DNA of 58,009 nt, the filler included, from Dugesia japonica (lineage: Eukaryota), in NCBI GenBank assembly GCA_001938525.1. It is 5 parts of 5 records of this genome, joined end to end, with 100 filler letters (N's around TTAATTAATTAA, not from the genome) between each part and the next. Parts side by side here need not be neighbours in the genome. Positions count along the whole stretch, not along the records: positions 45,598 to 58,009 come from MQRL01639174.1; 4 more parts are not named here. One strand, 5' to 3'. Shown in pieces: positions 50,305 through 58,009 of this stretch. The translations under genes and the position numbers were made by a program. Numbering within the stretch: position 1 is the stretch's first letter; every line of letters starts with the position of its first letter. The notes beneath the pieces were generated by a model. It ran no database searches. It was given only the letters and a program-made list of their open reading frames with translations, and was not told where the DNA came from.

Positions 50305-52199
50305 GTTAATTGTAAATTGATGCACTATCAAACTAAAACTTGAAATGAAATCAATTGTTTTAAGGATAAATGGACGAGGGAATAACTGATTAAGAAGATT
50401 AGGCACAAATAATAATTTACTTGGAATTAAAAACGTTTAACCAAATAATTAGTATATTACTCGTATTGTTGAAATAATTAAAACATTTAATTATAGACAA
50501 TTATTAAATTACAAACTAAACTAAGAAAATAATAGCATTAAAAATATATAATGCTAAAATAGAATTCCAAATTTTATTTATTTCTACCAGTTGTCACTAA
50601 CATGTGACTTTCGTTAAAAAAATGGTATATTTAAATCAATTTGACCCAGTCAAATTTTTTTTAATACCATATTAGCGACAAAAAACTGGCGCTCGGCTGT
50701 ACTTTTCACTGGATGGTTCTGGAAAGATTCCAGAATTTTGGATGACTAACGTGGTGCTCACGAGACAATTTTAAAGTGTCCGCATTCAAGTATCTGAAAA
50801 CTAGTAAATTCTCATAGTTGTAATAAAAATCTTAATAAAGTCGTAAAAATTGGACAATATGATTTTAATTTCTCCATTTTAAAAATTGTACAATTTAAGT
50901 CAAATGGTTAACCGACCTTAAATAAAATTTTGACTACGGACTCAATCAAAATTTTCGACAATTAGAGATACATCTGCTCGTGCATATACTAAACTAAATA
51001 TTTTCTTTTCCTACAATCATCTTTCGTACACGAGAAGTGAAGATTAAAATAAGCTGATCATACGGCGTATCCTATGTAGTTCGAAGTGGTAGTTTTTCAG
51101 GGTGTCTTCTTTGGTCCTGTCGAAATTTTATATTTCAGAAGTATGCCTCAATACTAAAAAAGGTTGCCGACCTCTGCTTTAAATTAAAGACAATTACAGA
51201 ATTACCAATTATCAGCAAATGTTATTATATCATTGATCGAGCGGATTAAAAATAATTATTTTAATGGTCCGTGAAATCTCATTGATTTAAACAATATTAT
51301 TAACCAGTGTAAGGATTATGGATTATAATACATAAGAACTTTTGTAGCACTGATTAGGGGTAATTTATTATTGAGCNNNNNNNNNNNNNNNNNNNNNNNN
51401 NNNNNNNNNNNNNNNNNNNNNNNNNNNNNNNNNNNNNNNNNNNNNNNNNNNNNNNNNNNNNNNNNNNNNNNNNNNNNNNNNNNNNNNNNNNNNNNNNNNN
51501 NNNNNNNNNNNNNNNNNNNNNNNNNNNNNNNNNNNNNNNNNNNNNNNNNNNNTAAATTTTATATTTGATTCCTTTATTAAAATCATTATTGAGGTTAACC
51601 GTGTTATTCTTAATAAATTTTAGTAACATTTACTTTGGTTATACTCATACATAAATTTAAGATCTAAATGAAAACTACTAATCCCAGCATTGCTAACAAC
51701 TAGAATGCAAAATCGATACAAACCAATTCAAGATTTATTGTAACAATAAAGTTAATTACTAAGATGTTTGAAAAAGTATAATCAAATTGAACGTCAATAA
51801 TTGATTAATTGAATTCATGATCCGTATAGTAAATTCAAAGTTGGCTCAAAATATTCATTGAAGTTACAATTTTTATCAACTACACCGACCGACTAAAGAA
51901 AAATGTTTTTTTAACTCATTTTTTAATGTAGACAAATTTCACCATTAACAATAATTTGATTTTACTATCTTTTACAAGACGCTCAAAAATTGAATTATCC
52001 TGAAAATTCGAATTTCGAATATTTTCCATCTAAAATTTACAAAACAGAAAAACACATAATACAATTAAGACCACATATTAATTTAAAGAGAGATTCTACA
52101 AAGATGTAAAAATTATAAAATTAAATGTTCCGATTAAAGAAATTTCTAGTCTAAATGTTGAAAAATATTAAGCTTACTGATTATCATAAATAAATAGTA

Positions 52200-52740
52200 T
52201 TATTGAAGAATATTATTGAAGAGATGAAATTGATTTCTCTCAAGTTGATAAAAAATAAATTCTTAAATAATGAATATCCAATTATATCGAAATATTTATC
52301 TACAAATACAAAACATAATAAAATCAATCAAAATATTGCGAAAAAAACTCATACATTTCTAGACCAGAACGATTTATTACAATGGTGATTGGGAACAAAT
52401 AATTACTTATAAATTAATTGTATTACACCACGATTCCATGTAAGCGCATATATATATATACATTTAATATAAACGCTTTGATCAATATTTTGGGTTTTTT
52501 ATTGATATTGGATAACAATTCGATATTTCGACCGTCTTCGTCAGGAATTGAAAGTCAATTCCTGACGAAGACAAAGTCGAAAATTAGAATTATTATCAAA
52601 AACAAAAAAACCAAATTTTGATCGACGCTTTTAATTTAATGAATTATGAAAAACGTCCAACAGTTATTCTTGAAATAATTGCAATTGTAAATTAAATACA
52701 AAAAAATTTGATAAAATTTATCATTTTAATTTAATTTTTA
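52200..52740. mobile_element. Penelope-like remnant with head-to-head inverted pLTRs
   Basis: FLNNEYP motif (PLE RT C-terminal NGYP). Imperfect inverted repeat centred near 52553, with a hammerhead core on each arm. Confidence 0.7.
52517..52591. ncRNA. Two minimal type I hammerhead ribozyme motifs in inverted orientation
   Basis: Minus strand 52549-52517: AATTC-CTGACGA-AGACGGTC-GAAA-TATC-GAATT. Plus strand 52557-52591: AATTC-CTGACGA-AGACAAAGTC-GAAA-ATTA-GAATT. Stems I and II can pair. Confidence 0.7.
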
Positions 52741-52831
52741 ATTCAAGCATAATTTTATAAAACTGAATTCATTATTAAAACNNNNNNNNNNNNNNNNNNN
52801 NNNNNNNNNNNNNNNNNNNNNNNNNNNNNNN

Positions 52832-53010
52832 GCATTAATTCTAAGTCCCTGTGGAAAGAAATAAGGAGGCATAACATGACCTTCGTTGCTGACAACACCC
52901 AATATGATTAAAGATGGAAACTTGGTGTGCATAACAGTAGGGACTTCAGAAACCCTAGAACACAGCCATCGATCGTTCCTCCTATTAATTTTTTGATCTT
53001 GAGTGAAAAG
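52832..53010 (-). mobile_element. maT (DD37D) Tc1/mariner-superfamily fragment
   Basis: NRRNDRWL...TKFPSLIILGVVSNEGHVMPPYFFPQGLRIN. Confidence 0.7.
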
Positions 53011-53269
53011 TTTTCATTCATTATTAAAACAAAGTAATAGCTTCAATCAAATCAGTCATTTGAAGCTATTAATTTATTTTAATGAAATCTTAAATGCGAT
53101 CAATGGTTACGTCCAACAATTATTCTCGCAATAATTGTAATTATGAATTCATAAATTTAAAAATTAAACAATACTCCATGTTATGTTTGTACGATTTCGA
53201 ATCCATAAATAAATATCTTTATTTAAAGCATTTTATTTAAACCAAAATTATTTTCAACAAAAATTATTA

Positions 53270-54150
53270 TAGACTATCTTCAAATGAAGAGATGAAATTG
53301 ATTTCTCTCAAGTTGATAAAAAATAAATTCTTAAATAATGGCTATCCAATAAAAATTATATCGAAATATTTATCTACAAATACAAAACATAATAAAATCA
53401 AACCAAAAACAAACANNNNNNNNNNNNNNNNNNNNNNNNNNNNNNNNNNNNNNNNNNNNNNNNNNNNNNNNNNNNNNNNNNNNNNNNNNNNNNNNNNNNN
53501 NNNNNNNNNNNNNNNNNNNNNNNNNNNNNNNNNNNNNNNNNNNNNNNNNNNNNNNNNNNNNNNNNNNNNNNNNNNNNNNNNNNNNNNNNNNNNNATGGTA
53601 GAAATATATGCAATAAGAAAAATGTCAATTATAAAATAACATGCACCATTTGTCAAGAATCATATATAGGTGAAACATGCAGAACCATCCGAAGAAGAAC
53701 TAAGAAACATCTAAAACAAAAAGAAAGTGAAGTCTTCAAACCTTTTCAAAAACAAAAATTAAATATCACCAGAACAACAGCATCACATAACATAGAGAAC
53801 ACTAGGAACAGGCTACATTTCTACACTTCATAGGNNNNNNNNNNNNNNNNNNNNNNNNNNNNNNNNNNNNNNNNNTAAAATCAATATAATTTATAATAAT
53901 TAAAAAATATTAAAATTAACCAATCAAAATTTAGTAAAAATAAATTAATTCAAAGAAAATTATTATTGTAAAAATAAATATTGAATGAATCAAAAAGTCA
54001 ATTCCTGAAGAAGACAAAGTCGAAATATAGGATTATTATCAAAAACCAAAAAGAAAACAAATTATGATCGAAGCTTTAATTTTAAATGAATTCTGAAAAA
54101 CGATCAATGATTAAGTCCAACAATTATTCTCGCAATAACTGCAATTGTAA
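53270..54150 (+). mobile_element. Penelope-like element 3' part (GIY-YIG endonuclease plus pLTR with hammerhead)
   Basis: FLNNGYP and NVNYKITCTICQESYIGETCRTIRRR..KH. Hammerhead motif AATTC-CTGAAGA-AGACAAAGTC-GAAA-TATA-GGATT at 54000-54034. Confidence 0.85.
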
Positions 54151-54538
54151 AACAAAAACTATTTTGTTAAAAGTACATTTTTATTTTACAATTAGCATAT
54201 TACACTTCAAAAGTTTTTTTGCTGCTAAAATTACCATCCTTTTACCGTAAACCTAAATGCAAATAAATGGTTTTTTGTCCAACTGTCTTTGTGTATTTAA
54301 ACAAGAGAACTTATTGAAAAAAATTAGATCCTTTTTAGAATGAAAAGAATAAAACTTTCAAGAATTTTTTTTTATACAAAATACTGATTTTATCAATTAT
54401 CTGCTTTAAATTTAAATGTAATCTAAGAATAATGTTATTGATAAATATTTCAAATATATGAAATTATTAACCAATCAAAATTGATTGCTTTTAATTGGAA
54501 CATTGTAAATAATTAGATCATTTAAAAATGCCACTTAC

Positions 54539-54840
54539 GTATGACAACAATTCTTCCTTTTTGTCACCTGATTTGTCTAAAATTTCTTGCAAATTTTTCA
54601 AATAAGCTTCTTCCAGATGATAAATTGATTGAATTTTAAAAAGAATTTCCTCAATTAAATTAGCATTTATATTAGCTAATTTCAAAGTGGTTAATGTGCT
54701 CTAGAAACGTGCGGAATTACAAATTCATGATTTATTACTTCTAACTTTATTATCGATTCCGATTTGTTTTAACAATGTTGATAAATTTTCAATGTCCATT
54801 TTTAACACTTTATAAGAAGATAAATCAATTACATTTTGGT
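54539..54840 (-). CDS. Unidentified host-gene exons (helical protein)
   Basis: An exon ending at 54746, a 45-nt GT-AG intron (54745-54701), and a 162-nt exon 54700-54539 ending at GTAAGT. The frame is open: ...KVLKMDIENLSTLLKQIGIDNK/STLTTLKLANINANLIEEILFKIQSIYHLEEAYL... Confidence 0.5.
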
Positions 54841-56347
54841 NNNNNNNNNNNNNNNNNNNNNNNNNNNNNNNNNNNNNNNNNNNNNNNNNNNNNNNNNNNN
54901 NNNNNNNNNNNNNNNNNNNNNNNNNNNNNNNNNNNNNNNNNNNNNNNNNNNNNNNNNNNNNNNNNNNAACATTTTATTATAAAAGCACAAATAAAACATA
55001 ATATTGTCAAAAATAAAATTTCCACCTTACAAATTTTATTGTTTTTCTAATTTTCAGTTGAATTCCCAATTAAACAAAATATAATTTACAAAATAGATTT
55101 TCCAAAAAAAAATTCGAGTAATAAGTTTTAATTTGTGTAAAGTGAATTTGATTGGATTATTGGATTCAGAAAACTAGTAGTTTCCATTTTAAATTTATTA
55201 TAAAACAAATACAACAAACATGAATTTGTTTTCATTTCTTTTCTTAATTGAAATTTTCATAATTCCGATTCATATATAAATTAAAAATAATCGTAAAGTT
55301 TTAAATCAAAATATGCTTAAAAATTTTAAATCCTTATTTTTTAAAAGCNNNNNNNNNNNNNNNNNNNNNNNNNNNNNNNNNNNNNNNNNNNNNNNNNNAT
55401 GTCCATTTTTAACACTTTATAAGAAGATAAATCAATTACATTTTGGTCAGTCTGTAAATCTTGTTGACAATCCGTTAACTAATAATATTATTAAATTAAC
55501 TAACACATTTAGTAAATATTTATAAAATGCAATCACATTTATTTGGATATTCTTATAGGTTAGGTTCTCTTGGTAAACATTTTATTATAAAAGCACAAAT
55601 AAAACATAATATTGTCAAAAATAAAATTTCCACCTTACAAATNNNNNNNNNNNNNNNNNNNNNNNNNNNNNNNNNNNNNNNNNNNNNNNNNNNNNNNNNN
55701 NNNNNNNNNNNNNNNNNNNNNNNNNNNNNNNNNNNNNNNNNNNNNNNNNNNNNNNNNNNNNNNNNNNNNNNNNNNNNNNNNNNNNNNNNNNNNNNNNNNN
55801 NNNNNNNNNNNNNNNNNNNNNNNNNNNNNNNNNNNNNNNNNNNNNNNNNNNNNNNNNNNNNNNNNNNNNNNNNNNNNNNNNNTATAAATTAAAAATAATC
55901 GTAAAGTTTTAAATCAAAATATGCTTAAAAATTTTAAATCCTTATTTTTTAAAAGCTATTTTAATTTAAAAACGATACTTGTCTTTGTCAACAAGAGTAG
56001 TTCAACAACGTGGAATTGTGCATGAAATGCGCTATTAAATTTTCAATTGAACTTTTTTTCTGTCACAATGCGAAACGTCTCAAAGTAAGGTATTGGTGTA
56101 TATAGAAAATAATTTAAAAAATTGATAAAAAACACAAAAATATTCAAAAAAAAATTTTTTGAAATAATTTAATTTAATGATTTATTAATATGAATAATAA
56201 TATAATTTCATATAAAAATTTTTATAATAATTTTATATAAAAGATTCTAAAAAAAATAATATGAGTCAGTAATAAAATAAAAATATAAATAAATAAAGTA
56301 ATAAATAAAAATAAAGTAATTTATTGAAAATTTTTTAAAACTTTCTA

Positions 56348-57790
56348 CCGTGTTTTCCATTAATATAATGCCCGGTCTTATTAAATTGTTTGAAAAAAAT
56401 ACAAAAAATTCGAAATAGGTAGAGATAGGCCTTAAATTTAATCATTATTAAAAACAAATAAATTAAAACGAAGAAATAAATTAAGTCATTTATTCAAGTC
56501 AATTATCATGATTGCCGTCTCATCATCTTCAAGAACATAATCAAAAGATAAATCATCTTAGGCCACTGTTTGTGGTCCCTCTCGTTCTTCAAGAGTTCTA
56601 CGAATTAAAGGTCCCAATCGTTCTTGTTTCGAAATAAATGCTTCTTCAAAAGAGAAATTCGCACCAAGATAGCTTGCTCGAAGCACATTCTTAATACAAT
56701 TGTCTGTTACTTTCTCTCACGCTTTCTTGACCCAGGTAACAACCTCTTATAATTCTGGCTTAACAAAATTTCCTTTTTTATTTAGCATCATTCTTTTTTC
56801 AATGTACTCATTAACTTCATGCCGTATGTAATCCTTAAATGGTTTGTTAATGACTATATTTAAAGATTGAAGATACGAAGTCGTTCCTGTAGGGATCCTA
56901 ATTTTATCGATTCTTCTACGTGCTAAAAACAGTTTCATTTCTTTTGTACAATNNNNNNNNNNNNNNNNNNNNNNNNNNNNNNNNNNNNNNNNNNNNNNNN
57001 NNNNNNNNNNNNNNNNNNNNNNNNNNNNNNNNNNNNNNNNNNNNNNNNNNNNNNNNNNNNNNNNNNNNNNNNNNNNNNNNNNNNNNNNNNNNNNNNNNNN
57101 NNNNNNNNNNNNNNNNNNNNNNNNNNNNNNNNNNNNNNNNNNNNNNNNNNNNNNNNNNNNNNNNNNNNNNNNNNNNTCGATGAAATATATATTGATGAAG
57201 TACCTCGATGGTCTATAGTTGTACTGGAACATTCTCCCATGTACATCGAGGTCTCATCGATTGCAATTACATTTAAAGGTAAAGAAATTCAGCAATTTTC
57301 AATTTGTCTATATAATCTTTATATTCAATTACTCTCTTCACAATTTCCGAGTCTTCCAATTTCAATAGTGGTCGATTTTCAAATGTATAACTCGTACTGC
57401 TTCAAAAATCAATTCAACCAATTCTGTGACGCTTTAAACTTCACGTTTTCCGTATTCGTCAATGGGTTTGAATTTCAGTTTTGCAGACAACTAATGATAG
57501 TGCACGACGTTCTGCAATCCATTCATATATAGCATCCTCTATTTCAGGAATGATGAGATACCTACCTGCGCCACACTTTCTTCTAACAGGATTTCACAAT
57601 ACACTTTCATTTAAAGGTTTGTTATACTCAGACCACCATTTTCTAAACCATTCGTAGATCTAATTTTCTATCATTACAGAATTTGGTCAAGTTTTTCCCC
57701 TGTGAATCTTGTACAACAGATTTTTTGAACTCGAGCGAATAAACTTTTCTAGAACACATTTTTAGATAGTGATTTATGTAACGCCAAAAC
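56348..57790 (-). mobile_element. pogo/Tc2-like DNA transposon (CENP-B HTH plus DDE_1), degenerate
   Basis: FKASQNWL and IPTGTTSYLQSLNIVINKPFKDYIR. Terminus TA|CCGTGTTTTCC at 56348. Confidence 0.8.
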
Positions 57791-57889
57791 TGTTACATAA
57801 TTATTTGATATGGCGGTCTTTATTTCTTTTAAAAAGTCAACGAAGATATCAAGTATTTCAGCATCCCAGAAAACCATATCAATAATCTT

Positions 57890-58009
57890 CTTGACTGACT
57901 TCTTGGAATTGACTGCTGGAAATACACTGTAATTTAACTTGCCAACATGTGAGCGAGAATTATCCATTTGAATAAAAACATTTTTACAACAGTGCATCCT
58001 CTTTCTCAT
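57890..58009 (-). mobile_element. Tc1/mariner-superfamily fragment
   Basis: VFIQMDNSRSH resembles the second catalytic-D motif (QQDNA.PH). Confidence 0.45.

Noticed and set aside
51157-51176. Lone Charlie-like hAT terminus AAAAAGGTTGCCGACCTCTG
   Set aside because: No matching opposite end or TSD was found, so no element boundaries can be given.
51354-55892. Many track ORFs dominated by X, plus the poly-I/poly-L ORFs at 40315-40516
   Set aside because: Artefacts of N runs and microsatellites.
54790-55960. Exact local duplications (54791-54840 vs 55399-55446; 54968-55032 vs 55576-55642; 55275-55348 vs 55883-55956)
   Set aside because: Every duplicate abuts an N gap, so this is most likely a scaffolding or haplotype artefact.
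1-58009. CRISPR arrays, tRNA genes or prokaryotic operons
   Set aside because: None seen. The window is eukaryotic, and its tandem repeats lack a repeat-spacer structure.

Overview
This is very AT-rich, repeat-saturated eukaryotic DNA. The 45-52 nt introns and the mix of transposable elements suggest a planarian or other flatworm, but that is an inference. It is a draft assembly: four artificial 100-bp spacers (N44-TTAATTAATTAA-N44) and many N gaps break it up. Most of the window is decayed transposons: Ty3/Gypsy LTR elements, hAT, mariner/Tc1/maT, pogo/Tigger, a piggyBac MITE and Penelope-like elements with minimal hammerhead ribozymes. Host genes that can be supported are an intact intronless 492-aa otopetrin-like membrane protein (28041-29519, +), a seven-exon ARM-repeat gene (40711-34140, -) resembling the meiotic telomere protein TERB1 with an apparently truncated and decaying 3' end, and two unidentified exon groups. 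The most unusual structure is a 4.6-kb TG...CA element (1376-5975) with a perfect 4-bp target-site duplication, probably a giant solo LTR. It carries an array of short ORF cassettes, each starting at a splice acceptor. Also notable are a 927-bp two-LTR deletion derivative whose gag ATG spans the LTR/PBS junction, and a 5S rRNA-derived sequence. All family calls come from motif recognition by eye; no searches were run.
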